Positions 1-10,849 are shown, numbered from the stretch's first letter. The stretch is 64,000 nt of DNA from Patescibacteria group bacterium (GCA_041747555.1 JBGTEY010000013.1:144814-208813), one strand, 5' to 3'. Made by a program: numbers and translations. The notes: a model not told the origin generated them from the letters alone.

Positions 1-1
1 A

Positions 2-1480
2 GGCACCTTTGAAGGTGGAACTGCAGAAGATCGACTTAAATTGATTCTCGAGACTATCGAAAAAATATCTCCAATTCTTGATGAAATAACGGCTGAATTG
101 AAAATAGCAGAAACAGAACTGCTGGCAATTGATCCAATGAGATACCCAGAGACAATTCAAGGTAAAGAAGTCAGGTCAAACCTCGTACAAGCGCAAGAGT
201 TGAGTAGCGGAGCAGTTGCGGCACTTACCGATTACAGGCCAGTGATTGAGGCATTGCCGAAAGCAGCCGGTGGAAATGGTGAACGGAAAAAATATCTCAT
301 CATGTTCCAGAACGATAATGAGCTCCGGCCAACCGGTGGTTTTATGACGGCGTATGCTATTGTTAACGTCGAGAACGGCAAAGTTGAGCCAGAAAAATCT
401 GACGACATCTATGAGCTTGATCAAAAATTTAGAGAGAGAATAGATATTCCAGAGGCGCTGGGACGGTATTTAACTACAGAAAGATACTGGAATCTGCGTG
501 ACATGAACACTTCTCCAGATTTTAAGACCTCAATGGAGCAGTTTTATGAATATTATCAAGATATTCCCGGCGAACCAGACACTATAGATGGAATCATTGC
601 GGTCGATACGCACTTTTTGACAAATTTACTTCGAGTACTGGGACCGGTAGAGGTTCCGGGATACGGTACATTTTCAGCAGAAAATGATGCTCGATGCGAT
701 TGTCCTCAAATAATTTACGTACTTTCGGAGATTATCACTCGCCCCACTCCATATTTGCGAGAGGATCGAAAAGGAATACTAGGGCCGCTTATGCGAGCTA
801 CCCTTACCAAGGCATACAGTGCGCCTAAACAACAGTGGCCGAGCCTCTTTGAAACAGGAATCGCTGCGGTCAATGCGCGACACATCCAGTTCTATTTCCT
901 TGACGAATCACTTCAGTCCGCAGCAGAAACTGCAAGCGCAGCAGGACGACTTCCCACGCCAGAATCCCTTGATGGAAAAGATTTCTTGGCAATCGTAAAC
1001 GCCAACCTCGGTGGAGCTAAATCAAATCTATTTGTTACCTATGATGTCCTCCAAACTGTTGCTGCGCCAGAAAACGGCATTATCACCAAAACGGTAGAAA
1101 TCACCTATAAAAATAGCAGGAAAGCAGATAACTGCAACTTGGAAGATGGAATGCTTTGTCTTAATTCCACACTCAGAGACTGGACGCGATTGTATGTGCC
1201 AGAAGGCTCTGAGTTAGTAGAAGCCCAAGGATTCAATGAAGAGGCTAAGGTATATGACGAAGCAGGGTATACCATATTTGATGGATTCTTCCTCCTGGAA
1301 CCACTTGGAACTGCAAAACTTAAAATTACCTATACCGTTCCATACACAGACTCAGATACATACACCGGGGTGTTATGGAAGCAAGGTGGTATCGAGCACT
1401 ACAATCTCATAATGGACGTCACGGGTGGACAAGAAGAAGTTGTCGTCACAGGAGACCAAACGTACTCCACACCATTTTAA
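2..1480 (+). CDS. DUF4012-like protein (ELRPTGGF motif), 5' end truncated by window edge
   Basis: ORF 41-1480 stays open in-frame back to position 2; ELRPTGGF motif characteristic of DUF4012 family; stop TAA 1478-1480. Confidence 0.55.
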   Translation, partial: GTFEGGTAEDRLKLILETIEKISPILDEITAELKIAETELLAIDPMRYPETIQGKEVRSNLVQAQELSSGAVAALTDYRPVIEALPKAAGGNGERKKYLIMFQNDNELRPTGGFMTAYAIVNVENGKVEPEKSDDIYELDQKFRERIDIPEALGRYLTTERYWNLRDMNTSPDFKTSMEQFYEYYQDIPGEPDTIDGIIAVDTHFLTNLLRVLGPVEVPGYGTFSAENDARCDCPQIIYVLSEIITRPTPYLREDRKGILGPLMRATLTKAYSAPKQQWPSLFETGIAAVNARHIQFYFLDESLQSAAETASAAGRLPTPESLDGKDFLAIVNANLGGAKSNLFVTYDVLQTVAAPENGIITKTVEITYKNSRKADNCNLEDGMLCLNSTLRDWTRLYVPEGSELVEAQGFNEEAKVYDEAGYTIFDGFFLLEPLGTAKLKITYTVPYTDSDTYTGVLWKQGGIEHYNLIMDVTGGQEEVVVTGDQTYSTPF

Positions 1481-1481
1481 A

Positions 1482-2027
1482 ATGTCTCCAAGAACCTTTA
1501 GCTGTACCGGAATCGTTCTCAAACGGATAAACACTGGCGAGACCGATCGTATCGTGACTCTTTTGACAAAAGAGCAGGGCAAAATGGTAGCAGTTGCCAA
1601 AGGCGTGCGGTCGCTGTCATCAACCAAACGAGCCAGTCTTGAACCAGGTAATATTGTAAAAGCTTTTTTCGTTCGCACCAAATCCTTACCACTTCTTACC
1701 CAGACCAGAATTGTCAGTGATTGCATCGATCTTCCTCAAACACTCCAACGACTACGCCAATTATCAGAAATTCTAGAAATTCTAGAAAAGTTGTTCGTAG
1801 AAGAAGAGCTCGACACGCAAACATACAGGAGTGTGCTTACAATCCGCAATTTAGTCGTTGCAAAACAAAGCTCACCCAAAAAAGTGCGGCTGGCGCTCGT
1901 TGATTTGATTATGAGACTCGGATTTCAAAATCCGGACGAGACTCCACACGGGAGCATTAGTGAATATGTGTCCTCACTCTCTGAAAAGCCAATGAGGAGT
2001 TATGAGTATCTGAAATTAAAGCATTAG
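1482..2027 (+). CDS. recO: DNA repair protein RecO (short form, no C-terminal Zn finger)
   Basis: ATG at 1482 inside ORF 1425-2027; N-terminal OB-fold signature GIVLKRINTGETDRIVTLLTKEQGKMVAVAKGVRS matches RecO. Confidence 0.7.
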   Translation: MSPRTFSCTGIVLKRINTGETDRIVTLLTKEQGKMVAVAKGVRSLSSTKRASLEPGNIVKAFFVRTKSLPLLTQTRIVSDCIDLPQTLQRLRQLSEILEILEKLFVEEELDTQTYRSVLTIRNLVVAKQSSPKKVRLALVDLIMRLGFQNPDETPHGSISEYVSSLSEKPMRSYEYLKLKH

Positions 2028-2621
2028 TTAATTAAACCACAGAGATCGGAATGGCAGAATACCGTTGTTGCTTGCCATTTCATCCAAAGATTCTTTGTGG
2101 TAAGTATATTTCTCAGGGGCTGCGATTTTCCACTCATCTAATATGACCTGCAATCGTGTCAGAATTCCAATAGATCGCAGTACTGACAAACGACCAGAAG
2201 CACCCTGATCCTTGTCATGATCAATCTTAACGAGCAATTGACCGAGGAAATCATATAATTCATCTGGATATTTTTCTAAAACAACTAATACCTTTTGAAT
2301 AGATTCATTTGGTAGCAAAAGTAATGACTCAGCTGGCAAGGCAGCCAATAATGATCCTAAATCTGAATGTCTGCCTTTGGAACTTCCTACGTCACACAAA
2401 GTTTTTAGATACTGTGGATTAGTAAGTTCATGAGGTGTTACGTCGAGCGCATGAAATGTTCTTGCGCGCGAAATTGCACCAAAGTACGCAGCTGGATGTT
2501 CTCGCAATGCTTGTTCCGTTGGAAAAGGAAGCACCCTGCTTACACCAGCTTCTTCTAGATTCTCGGGTTCTATTTCATCTTCAATTACTGGCATTGGTGT
2601 AGATTCTGCAGACATGCTCAA
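2028..2621 (-). CDS. hypothetical protein (197 aa)
   Basis: Clean ORF convergent with recO and divergent from glyQS; no family recognised by eye. Confidence 0.4.
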   Translation of the reverse strand: MSMSAESTPMPVIEDEIEPENLEEAGVSRVLPFPTEQALREHPAAYFGAISRARTFHALDVTPHELTNPQYLKTLCDVGSSKGRHSDLGSLLAALPAESLLLLPNESIQKVLVVLEKYPDELYDFLGQLLVKIDHDKDQGASGRLSVLRSIGILTRLQVILDEWKIAAPEKYTYHKESLDEMASNNGILPFRSLWFN

Positions 2622-2668
2622 ATTGTACTAGAATCTCCATGACATTACTATGGTAAAATTAAAACCTG

Positions 2669-4099
2669 ATGAAAAACACAGGTCTAGAGACAGATAACTC
2701 AACCCAACCATCGCTCGATGAAATCGTCGCGCTCGCAAAACGACGCGGCTTTGTCTATCCAACCTCAGAAATCTACGGCGGACTCGCTAATTCCTACGAA
2801 TATGGACCACTCGGAGCACAACTTCTCAAAAACATCCGCGACCTGTGGTGGAAAACTTTCATTGAAAATAGAGATGATATGGTTGGTCTCGATTCACAGA
2901 TCTTACAACACCCAAAAACTTGGGAAGCTTCTGGACATGTATCGTCTTTTAGCGACCCGCTCGTTGAAGATATCAAAACTGGCAAACGGTATCGTGCTGA
3001 TCACCTCATTGAGGAGTGGCTCGAAAATGACCCGCTCAATACAAATGAAAAATTTTCAGTTGAAAACCTCACCCTAGAAGAAATGAATGACTTCATAAAA
3101 GAGCACACCATTCTCAGTCCAGACAAAAACCCACTTTCAGAAGCAAAATCGTTTAATCTACTTTTTGAAACTCAAATCGGCACTGTAGAAGGCAACAAAT
3201 CAACGGTGTACTTGAGAGGAGAGACCGCTCAGGGTATTTTCACCAATTTCAAACAAATACTTGATTCTACTCGCGTTAAACTTCCGTTTGGAGTTGGTCA
3301 AATGGGCAAGTCATTCCGCAATGAAATTACTACGGGACAGTTTGTATTTCGCACGCTCGAGTTTGAACAAGCAGAAATTGAGTATTTTTTCAATCCAAAC
3401 GACCAACGATGGGAAGCGTTGTTTAAGGAATGGAAAGCTGATATGTGGGAGTTTGTGACAGGAACACTGGGAATTTCTGAAGAAAATCTTAGGTGGAGAA
3501 GACACTCTGATGCTGAGCGAAGTTTTTACTCAAAAGAAACTTACGACCTTGACTACAATTTTTCATTTGGATGGAAAGAATTGTGGGGGTTGGCATATCG
3601 CACCGACTACGACCTAAAACAACACCAAACTTTTAGCAAACAATCACTTGAATATACTGATCCACACACGGGTGAAAAAATAATACCCCACGTCATAGAA
3701 CCAGCAGTTGGCTTGAATCGATTGTTCTTGATGATTCTAACCGATGCATTTCGGGTTGATGCGGAAAAAAATAGAACTGTGCTCGCACTCCAACCAAATT
3801 TAGCACCATACCATGTGGCTGTCTTTCCGCTCCTAAAAAATAAGCCAGAGCTCGTCTCACTTGCTCAAGAAGTCCGTACGTCGCTCCAAAAAATATTTAG
3901 AGTAACGTGGGACGATCGAGGAAATATTGGAAAACGCTACCTCTACCAAGATGAAATAGGAACACCTTTTTGCATTACCATTGATTTTGATTCACTTGAA
4001 GATCAAACTGTGACCTTGAGAAATCGAGATTCTGCGGAACAAGTTCGTGTCAAAATCGATGAACTGATTTCTCACCTCAATACTGCTATTACACAGTAA
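2669..4099 (+). CDS. glyQS: glycine--tRNA ligase (class II, alpha2 dimeric type)
   Basis: N-terminus FVYPTSEIYGGLANSYEYGPLGAQLLKNIRDLWW is a typical GlyRS signature; length 476 aa. Confidence 0.9.
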   Translation: MKNTGLETDNSTQPSLDEIVALAKRRGFVYPTSEIYGGLANSYEYGPLGAQLLKNIRDLWWKTFIENRDDMVGLDSQILQHPKTWEASGHVSSFSDPLVEDIKTGKRYRADHLIEEWLENDPLNTNEKFSVENLTLEEMNDFIKEHTILSPDKNPLSEAKSFNLLFETQIGTVEGNKSTVYLRGETAQGIFTNFKQILDSTRVKLPFGVGQMGKSFRNEITTGQFVFRTLEFEQAEIEYFFNPNDQRWEALFKEWKADMWEFVTGTLGISEENLRWRRHSDAERSFYSKETYDLDYNFSFGWKELWGLAYRTDYDLKQHQTFSKQSLEYTDPHTGEKIIPHVIEPAVGLNRLFLMILTDAFRVDAEKNRTVLALQPNLAPYHVAVFPLLKNKPELVSLAQEVRTSLQKIFRVTWDDRGNIGKRYLYQDEIGTPFCITIDFDSLEDQTVTLRNRDSAEQVRVKIDELISHLNTAITQ

Positions 4100-4176
4100 G
4101 TACTTGCTGAAAGATTGCGAGCTATGGTAAGGTAGCAAGATATTAATACAATACACATTCTTGACGATTCACGCCT

Positions 4177-4974
4177 ATGAAAAAAATTTTACCAGTCATC
4201 ATTGTACTTTTAGTCATTATTGGCGGCGTATATGCGTATCGCTCAATGGGCAGCGAAGAAACAGTTCCCGAAGAAACAACCAAGAAGAAAACGGTTGAGA
4301 ATGTAAACATCATTCCCGTAGCAGAACGTCCTTACCTCTATATCACTCCAGAGTCTGATGGTAGAAATATTACCATTACAGTAGAAGACGTTAAAAAAAC
4401 TGCAACTAGCTTAGAATACGAACTTGAATATCAATCCGGCTCACTCTTACAGGGAGTATTTGGTGCGTTAGATCTAGACCCACTCCCTGCGCGCAGCACA
4501 CAACTCCTTGGTAGTTGTAGCGCGGGTGGCGCTTGCACGTATCACGAAGATGTGAGCGGAGGTAGCATTCTCACACGATACGATGGACCAGAGCCGTATG
4601 CACTCAAATCAGATTGGAAGTATTTTGAAAATACAGAAGACGAATCCGCATTTAGTTCACGAGATGCAAAATTTCAAATTGAGAGTGACGAACTAGCGGA
4701 TCAATCGTATGTGGTAGTTATGAACACCCCTGGATACCCAGAAGGGCTCATAGGTACCCCTGTTTCAGACCCGTACTCACTCCAGACATCCAGTCCGCTC
4801 ACGGGCACTGCTGAACTAACAATGCGTGCTCAAGAGGCAGGACAACTCACAATCATGGGTTGGGATGGAAATGAGTGGCAAACATTTATGGGAGAAGTTG
4901 AGGACAAAATGATCACAGCAGAAGTAGACCTTATGGAATTGTACATTGTAGTTATCCCCATAACCGTTAATTAA
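4177..4974 (+). CDS. membrane-anchored extracytoplasmic protein of unknown function
   Basis: N-terminal TM helix ILPVIIVLLVIIGGVYAY then hydrophilic domain; followed by a strong terminator. Confidence 0.45.
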   Translation: MKKILPVIIVLLVIIGGVYAYRSMGSEETVPEETTKKKTVENVNIIPVAERPYLYITPESDGRNITITVEDVKKTATSLEYELEYQSGSLLQGVFGALDLDPLPARSTQLLGSCSAGGACTYHEDVSGGSILTRYDGPEPYALKSDWKYFENTEDESAFSSRDAKFQIESDELADQSYVVVMNTPGYPEGLIGTPVSDPYSLQTSSPLTGTAELTMRAQEAGQLTIMGWDGNEWQTFMGEVEDKMITAEVDLMELYIVVIPITVN

Positions 4975-4999
4975 CGTTTATTTTAGACAGAAATACATG

Positions 5000-5029
5000 A
5001 AACCCTGATTATATAATCGGGGTTTTTTT
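5000..5029 (+). terminator. rho-independent terminator (11-bp stem, 4-nt loop, T7 tail)
   Basis: AAACCCTGATT-ATAT-AATCGGGGTTT followed by TTTTTTT; isolates upstream gene from the dcw operon. Confidence 0.7.
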
Positions 5030-5138
5030 GTGCGTAATAGCTCTAATTATTGAATGTTATTGGACTGTTAAAACTAGCAGTTTCGGTATTACTTTGTCTT
5101 TACAGACTCCCAGGCTTTTGTCATACTTCATTCAGATT

Positions 5139-5155
5139 GTGGTAAGGAGTGGTAA
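5139..5155 (+). promoter_or_regulatory. putative MraZ operator: direct repeats GTGGTAA x2 at 10-bp spacing, overlapping a TAAAAT -10 element
   Basis: GTGGTAAGGAGTGGTAAAAT 16-32 nt upstream of mraZ ATG; MraZ binds phased TGGGN-like direct repeats in its own promoter in other bacteria. Confidence 0.3.
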
Positions 5156-5170
5156 AATAACCTAACAAAA

Positions 5171-5605
5171 ATGTTTATAGGAAAATACTACCACTCATTA
5201 GAAGCAAAAGGAAGGCTTTCACTTCCCAAACGCTTCAGAGAAAAATCTGATCAGTGGATCGTCACCAGAGGTCTCGACGGTGGACTTTTTCTCTTCACTG
5301 CTGAAGCATTCGAGCAGCATATTGATTCACTTCAGCAACGCTCTTTGACAAAAAAAAGACATCGAGATTATCTCCGTATCATGACTAACGAAGCAGCAGA
5401 GCTGAGTCCAGATGCAAACGGTCGAGTACATCTGCCCGAGTACTTGATTGAATTTGCCGGATTACAAAAACAAGTTGTCGTGGTTGGCAGTAGTAAATAC
5501 ATAGAAATTTGGGACCGAAACCAGTATCACCAGTACGTCGAAACCATTGAGTCAGAAGCAGAATCAATTGCAGAATCAATCACAACAGAAACAACAAATG
5601 ACTAA
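5171..5605 (+). CDS. mraZ: transcriptional regulator MraZ
   Basis: MFIGKYYHSLEAKGRLSLPKRFRE..., duplicated MraZ fold, first gene of dcw cluster. Confidence 0.9.
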   Translation: MFIGKYYHSLEAKGRLSLPKRFREKSDQWIVTRGLDGGLFLFTAEAFEQHIDSLQQRSLTKKRHRDYLRIMTNEAAELSPDANGRVHLPEYLIEFAGLQKQVVVVGSSKYIEIWDRNQYHQYVETIESEAESIAESITTETTND

Positions 5606-6479
5606 CGATCGTCACACACCAGTATTACTCCACGAAGTGATAGAAGCACTTTGTGTCTCCAAAGGGGATGTCTATGTGGATGCTACATTTGGTCAAGGCG
5701 GACATAGTCGATCAATCATGGAGCGTGGCGGTAAGGTATTGGCATTCGACTGGGATGCTGAGGCAGTTGCACGTGGAGAAAGTAGATTTGCAGAAGAAAT
5801 AAAAGCAGGAACACTAAAACTATTCCATGCTAACTTCGATCAGCTTGCAGAAATTTTGAAAGATCAGAAGCTCATCGGTAATGCGATCCACGGCATTCTC
5901 TTTGATTTTGGTACAAGTCGCCAACAACTCACCTCAAGTGAACGAGGATTTAGTTTTGGAGGAGATGGACCACTCGACATGAGAATGGATCAAAGACTGG
6001 GAGTTACCGCTGCAGATCTATTAGCAATTTCAGATGAGAGGCAGCTGACCAAAATTCTCTTTCATTTTGGGGGAGAAACACAAGCTAAGAAAATCTCGAA
6101 AATGATTAAACAACAAAAAACGCCAATTACTACAACGGCCCAGTTAGCGCATTTGGTTTCTTCTGTTGTTTCATCAAGAGGCAAGCTCCACCCGGCGACT
6201 AAAACTTTTCAGGCGTTGCGAATTGCAGTGAATAGCGAGCTTGATGCCATTGAAAGCGCGCTTCCTCAAGCACTAGAAGTCCTCGGCGCAGGTGGCAAGA
6301 TCGTCACTATTTCCTTTCACGAGGGTGAAGACCGGTTGGTCAAACACGCGTTTCGTGAATGGGAGCAGTCAGAGCAAGGCACAGTTGAAACAAAAAAACC
6401 AATTACCGCTACAGAAGAGGAGTGTCAGCAGAACCCACCTTCAAGAAGCGCAAAAATGAGAATATTTACAAAAAAATAG
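5598..6479 (+). CDS. rsmH: 16S rRNA (cytosine1402-N4)-methyltransferase RsmH/MraW
   Basis: HTPVLLHEVIEAL...DATFGQGGHS motif; start ATG 5598 (MTNDRHTPVLL) overlaps mraZ end by 8 nt; ORF track starts earlier at 5547. Confidence 0.9.
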   Translation: MTNDRHTPVLLHEVIEALCVSKGDVYVDATFGQGGHSRSIMERGGKVLAFDWDAEAVARGESRFAEEIKAGTLKLFHANFDQLAEILKDQKLIGNAIHGILFDFGTSRQQLTSSERGFSFGGDGPLDMRMDQRLGVTAADLLAISDERQLTKILFHFGGETQAKKISKMIKQQKTPITTTAQLAHLVSSVVSSRGKLHPATKTFQALRIAVNSELDAIESALPQALEVLGAGGKIVTISFHEGEDRLVKHAFREWEQSEQGTVETKKPITATEEECQQNPPSRSAKMRIFTKK

Positions 6480-6503
6480 TACCAAGTAGCAGCAGAGAAG
6501 AAT

Positions 6504-6791
6504 ATGAATACAACAATCAAACTATATTACGCAGTCCTAGGTGTGTGCTTGATGGCAACTATTGGTCACACGCTGTTTAGTGGCGGTACAACAGTATTCA
6601 ACACGCAAAGAGTAGCCGAATTAAAAAGAGAACAACAACTGGTGCTCCATGAGCAACAACAGCTACAGCGTGAATTAGCATCAAACTTATCGATCGCACA
6701 ATTATCAGTAGACAAATTGTCACAATTTGAACCAATTAGAAGTCCAATTGTAATCGAAAGTTACACAATGGTTGCCGTCGCAAACCAGTAG
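6504..6791 (+). CDS. ftsL: FtsL-like cell division protein (single TM + coiled coil)
   Basis: 95 aa, N-terminal TM, QQLQRELASN coiled-coil, positioned between rsmH and ftsI. Confidence 0.45.
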   Translation: MNTTIKLYYAVLGVCLMATIGHTLFSGGTTVFNTQRVAELKREQQLVLHEQQQLQRELASNLSIAQLSVDKLSQFEPIRSPIVIESYTMVAVANQ

Positions 6792-8568
6792 CACTATGAG
6801 AGAGAGCGCTCGGAAAACGACAATTCCAGAAAACCGAAGCAAAATTTTCATCTGGGTACTTTACTTTTGTTTTTTTGCAATTATTGCGAGACTCTTCTAT
6901 TGGCAGGTGATTAAAGCTGATACTTTGCAAGCTGCTGCCGAAGCACAATATACGCGAACCATAAAAAACCAAGGTCAGCGAGGTGATATTCTTACCGTTG
7001 ATGGACATGTTCTGGTAACCAACCGACAGGTATTTCGCCTCTTTGCGCAACCTCATTTGATCAAGCAATCTCCGCTCGAAATAGCTGCACAACTAGCCCC
7101 ACTCCTAGTTGAAGCAGAACTCGTTGAGATGACCGCTTCTAGCGAGGCAGATTTGGCACTTGAAGTGAAAAGAATGCAAGATCAAATCGAGGAAAAACTA
7201 TCAAAATCTGACTCAAAATGGGTAAGCTTAGATCAAGGAATTTCTGAGCAAACACGAGACAAGATTAATGAGTTAGGGCTGTTTGCAATTGGCTTCGATC
7301 CATATTTTGAACGTCACTACCCAGAAGCTTCTATGGCCGCACATATTACTGGTTTCGTCGGGAAGGACGAATCGGGGTATGATCTTGGATATTTTGGGGT
7401 GGAGGGTGCCCTCGAGCAAGAACTCAAAGCCAGACAGTCGCAACAAACCTTTATTACTGATGCACTCGGAACACCGTTGAGTCCAGGAGGTCGAGATGGA
7501 CAACCATTGGTCGGTCGATCAGTTACCACAACCATTCGCCGTGAAATACAGTTTTTAATAGAGAATCAACTTACTCAGGCTATGAATGAATACGGCGCAA
7601 AGGCGGGTGAAATAATTGTTTTAGATCCTAAAACAGGAGATATATTGGGAATGACCGCATCTCCCAAATATGACCAACGCGAATTTTGGGAATCAGACGC
7701 CTCAACATATAAAAATCCACTCCTCACTGATACCTATGAACCGGGTTCGACGTTTAAAGTACTCACCGTTGCCGCTGGCATAGACAGTGGTGTCGTTGAA
7801 CGCAGTACCGTTTGTACACAATGCAGTGGCCCTTGGAAGTATGGTCAGTACACGATCAGAACATGGAATGATGTTTATAATCCAGGGATCGATCTGGAGC
7901 AAGGCCTCGCAAAGTCAGACAATACTGCCATGATTTTTATTTCAGAAAAACTAGGGTCTGATCGACTTAAAAAGTATGTTTCAGACTTTGGCATTGGTGA
8001 AAAAATTCATATTGATCTCCAAGAAGATGTTCAGACACCTTTTCCATCTGCCTGGGGACCTGTCGAGCTTGCAACGATTTCTTTTGGCCAGGGCGTAACG
8101 ACAACGTCTCTTCAGATGACGCGGGCTATTGCCGCAGTTGCTAACGACGGTGTAATGATGCGACCAAGAATTATAAAGAGTGTCGCGGATCAAAATTCTG
8201 ATGAAGTAATATATACCGAACCCATAATTGAGCGAGAGGTCGTCAAGCCAGAGACAGCGCGCATTGTAACTGAGATGATGGTTACTGCAGCCCAAAGCGG
8301 AGAAGCACAGTGGACGCAATCTCGAACCCACACTATTGCCGGAAAAACAGGTACTTCCCAAATTGCAGAAGGTGGTGGCTATGCAGAAGATAGAACAGTT
8401 GCTAGCTTTGTAGGTTTTGCCCCACCAGATGATCCAAAATTTGTAATGATGGTCAAGCTGGTTGAGCCTCAGAGCTCTCCTTGGGCAGCAGAGACCGCGG
8501 CACCACTCTGGTATACCATAGCCGAGAAACTCTTTTTACATCTCGATATAATGCCTGATAGACTATGA
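6772..8568 (+). CDS. ftsI: peptidoglycan D,D-transpeptidase FtsI (class B PBP)
   Basis: N-terminal TM, motifs STFK, SDN (AKSDNTAM), KTGT (AGKTGTS). Confidence 0.85.
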   Translation: MPSQTSSTMRESARKTTIPENRSKIFIWVLYFCFFAIIARLFYWQVIKADTLQAAAEAQYTRTIKNQGQRGDILTVDGHVLVTNRQVFRLFAQPHLIKQSPLEIAAQLAPLLVEAELVEMTASSEADLALEVKRMQDQIEEKLSKSDSKWVSLDQGISEQTRDKINELGLFAIGFDPYFERHYPEASMAAHITGFVGKDESGYDLGYFGVEGALEQELKARQSQQTFITDALGTPLSPGGRDGQPLVGRSVTTTIRREIQFLIENQLTQAMNEYGAKAGEIIVLDPKTGDILGMTASPKYDQREFWESDASTYKNPLLTDTYEPGSTFKVLTVAAGIDSGVVERSTVCTQCSGPWKYGQYTIRTWNDVYNPGIDLEQGLAKSDNTAMIFISEKLGSDRLKKYVSDFGIGEKIHIDLQEDVQTPFPSAWGPVELATISFGQGVTTTSLQMTRAIAAVANDGVMMRPRIIKSVADQNSDEVIYTEPIIEREVVKPETARIVTEMMVTAAQSGEAQWTQSRTHTIAGKTGTSQIAEGGGYAEDRTVASFVGFAPPDDPKFVMMVKLVEPQSSPWAAETAAPLWYTIAEKLFLHLDIMPDRL

Positions 8569-8604
8569 TAGACAGATCGACAATAATCATTTATATATAA
8601 AACT

Positions 8605-9816
8605 ATGCTAAAAGAGCTCCTTTACGCCACAAAGCGATACTATCATCTATTTAAGACTGGTCTACTTGACGGACTGCGCGCTGAGTTTACATACAATTTC
8701 CCGGCCAGAAAGCTGACAATCCTTACTATTACCGGTACCGATGGTAAAACTACTTCTTCAACGATGCTATATGAAGTATTAAAGGCAGCCGGTATTAAAG
8801 TTGCATTACTTTCAACAGTCGCTGCGTATTTAGGCGATGAGAAAATCGACACAGGATTCCACGTTACCTCACCCCAGCCCGGCGACTTGCAGGCTTTTAT
8901 GAGAAAAATGGTCGATCAAGGCTATACTCACCTGGTGCTTGAGGTCACGTCACATGGTGCATACCAACACCGCACTTGGGGCGTTACGCCAACGGTCGCA
9001 GGTGTCACCAATATTGCCCACGAGCATCTCGATTACCACCTCAACTATGATAACTACGTGCATGCAAAATCATTAATTCTCAAAAAAGCTCCAATCGTGG
9101 TGCTCAATGCAGATGATCAATCCTACTACAAGCTCGCTGACCGAATTCCTGTTGATCGAACTATGATTACTTACTCTGCAAGTGCGACTCTTCCAAAAAA
9201 AGTTTCCAAGGCAATTTCAAACAAATTTAATGAATCATTTAATCAGCAAAATGCTCGTCTAGTCTATGCAATGTCTCGAGCTGCACACGTCGAAGATAAA
9301 GATTTTATCACTGGAATTCAATCATTTTCTGGTATCTCAGGAAGGATGGAGAAGATATCTATCAAAAAACCGTTTGAAGTGGTGGTTGATTTTGCTCATA
9401 CGCCTCAAGGATTAGAAGCTGCCATGGGAGCACTCAGATCACGTCTTACCAAAAAAGGTCGCCTCATAGCTGTTTTTGGATGTGCTGGCCTACGAGATTT
9501 TAAAAAACGACCCCTGATGGGCAAGATAGCTGCAGATTTAGCTGATCTAAGCATTTTCACCGCAGAAGACCCTCGCACAGAGGATGTATGGAGTATCATA
9601 AGACAGATGAAAGAACAGCTTACAACAGGTCATGATCGAATAATTTCAATTGCTGATCGCCAAGAAGCCATCAATTTTGCAATTAATTCGGTCGCGAAAA
9701 AGGATGACATCGTCGGAATTTTTGGCAAGGGTCATGAGACGAGCATGTGTTTTGGAACAACTGAATATCCCTGGAGTGACCAAGAAGCGGTGAAAATTGC
9801 TAGCGCATCAAAGTAA
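8605..9816 (+). CDS. murE: Mur ligase MurE-like (UDP-MurNAc-L-Ala-D-Glu:diamino acid ligase), lacks usual N-terminal domain
   Basis: ITGTDGKTTSS P-loop, central and C-terminal Mur ligase domains; only ~45 aa precede the P-loop. Confidence 0.75.
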   Translation: MLKELLYATKRYYHLFKTGLLDGLRAEFTYNFPARKLTILTITGTDGKTTSSTMLYEVLKAAGIKVALLSTVAAYLGDEKIDTGFHVTSPQPGDLQAFMRKMVDQGYTHLVLEVTSHGAYQHRTWGVTPTVAGVTNIAHEHLDYHLNYDNYVHAKSLILKKAPIVVLNADDQSYYKLADRIPVDRTMITYSASATLPKKVSKAISNKFNESFNQQNARLVYAMSRAAHVEDKDFITGIQSFSGISGRMEKISIKKPFEVVVDFAHTPQGLEAAMGALRSRLTKKGRLIAVFGCAGLRDFKKRPLMGKIAADLADLSIFTAEDPRTEDVWSIIRQMKEQLTTGHDRIISIADRQEAINFAINSVAKKDDIVGIFGKGHETSMCFGTTEYPWSDQEAVKIASASK

Positions 9817-9844
9817 GTTGAACAAGAAGTACTGGAAAATTTAT

Positions 9845-10849
9845 ATGAACACTTCATCAAAAACACCTTCAGAGTTAAACGTTGTTGTCATGGGTGGAGG
9901 AACGGGAACATTTTGCGTAATAACTGCTCTAAAAAAACTTACTGTCAATATTTCTTCAATCATTGCCGTTTCTGATTCCGGGGGATCAACAGGAAGGATA
10001 CGAGATGAATTTGGGTTTCAACCAGTCGGCGACTTGCGGCAATCGCTGGCAGCCATGGCAGACCCAAATGGGCAAGAATGGATTAAGAAGATATTATTGT
10101 ACCGATTTTCAAAGGGAAGCGGACTCAAAGGACACAATCTCGGTAATTTGATCCTGACAGCACTTCAAGACATGACTCAGGATACCTCAACTGCTCTGGA
10201 AATTGCAGAAAAAGTTTTTAACCTCAAGGGGTCAGTCATACCGGTTACGACAGAGACGGTTGACTTGAAGATTACATATACCGATGGTACTTCTGCCGTC
10301 GGTGAACATATTCTTGATGAAGACACTGATAGTCCAAAATTAATCAGTCATGTATCTCTGACGCCAGAATGTGAGCTCAACCCCGCTGCAGCGCTAGAGA
10401 TTTCTAAGGCAGATTTAGTAGTGATTGGTCCCGGTGACTACTACGCGAGCCTGATGGCAACACTAGTTGTAGATGGTATTCAAGACGCATTTAAGCAAAG
10501 TAAAGCAAAAGTACTGCACGTAGTTAACCTCATGACGAGGCGAACACAAACGCACGGCATGACTGCTCAAGATCATGTCAACGGAATTGAGAATGTAATT
10601 GGTCAAAAACTTGATTTTACTCTTATCAACTCAAGCACGATTCCTACAGAAACACTTGCACTGTATGAAAAAGCAAAAGAATTCCCCGTCAAAGATGATA
10701 TTGGTGAAGCAAGCAACGTGCATCGTGCCGATCTGATTAGCCAAGAACTGATTCATAAAGCAAAAACGGATACCGCACACAGATCACTCCTTAGACACGA
10801 TCCTGAGAAACTGCAGATTGTTCTTGAAAAAATTCTAAAAACATTATGA
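9845..10849 (+). CDS. yvcK: YvcK/UPF0052 (CofD-like) gluconeogenesis factor / cell-shape protein
   Basis: VVVMGGGTGTF ... AVSDSGGSTGRIRDEFG signature; ATG 9845 chosen to avoid overlap with murE (ORF track start 9797). Confidence 0.7.
   Translation: MNTSSKTPSELNVVVMGGGTGTFCVITALKKLTVNISSIIAVSDSGGSTGRIRDEFGFQPVGDLRQSLAAMADPNGQEWIKKILLYRFSKGSGLKGHNLGNLILTALQDMTQDTSTALEIAEKVFNLKGSVIPVTTETVDLKITYTDGTSAVGEHILDEDTDSPKLISHVSLTPECELNPAAALEISKADLVVIGPGDYYASLMATLVVDGIQDAFKQSKAKVLHVVNLMTRRTQTHGMTAQDHVNGIENVIGQKLDFTLINSSTIPTETLALYEKAKEFPVKDDIGEASNVHRADLISQELIHKAKTDTAHRSLLRHDPEKLQIVLEKILKTL

Noticed and set aside
1741-1790. Tandem direct repeat TTCTAGAAA(T)TCTAGAAA inside recO
   Set aside because: Only two short units, in-frame coding (SEILEILEK). 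Not a repeat array or CRISPR.
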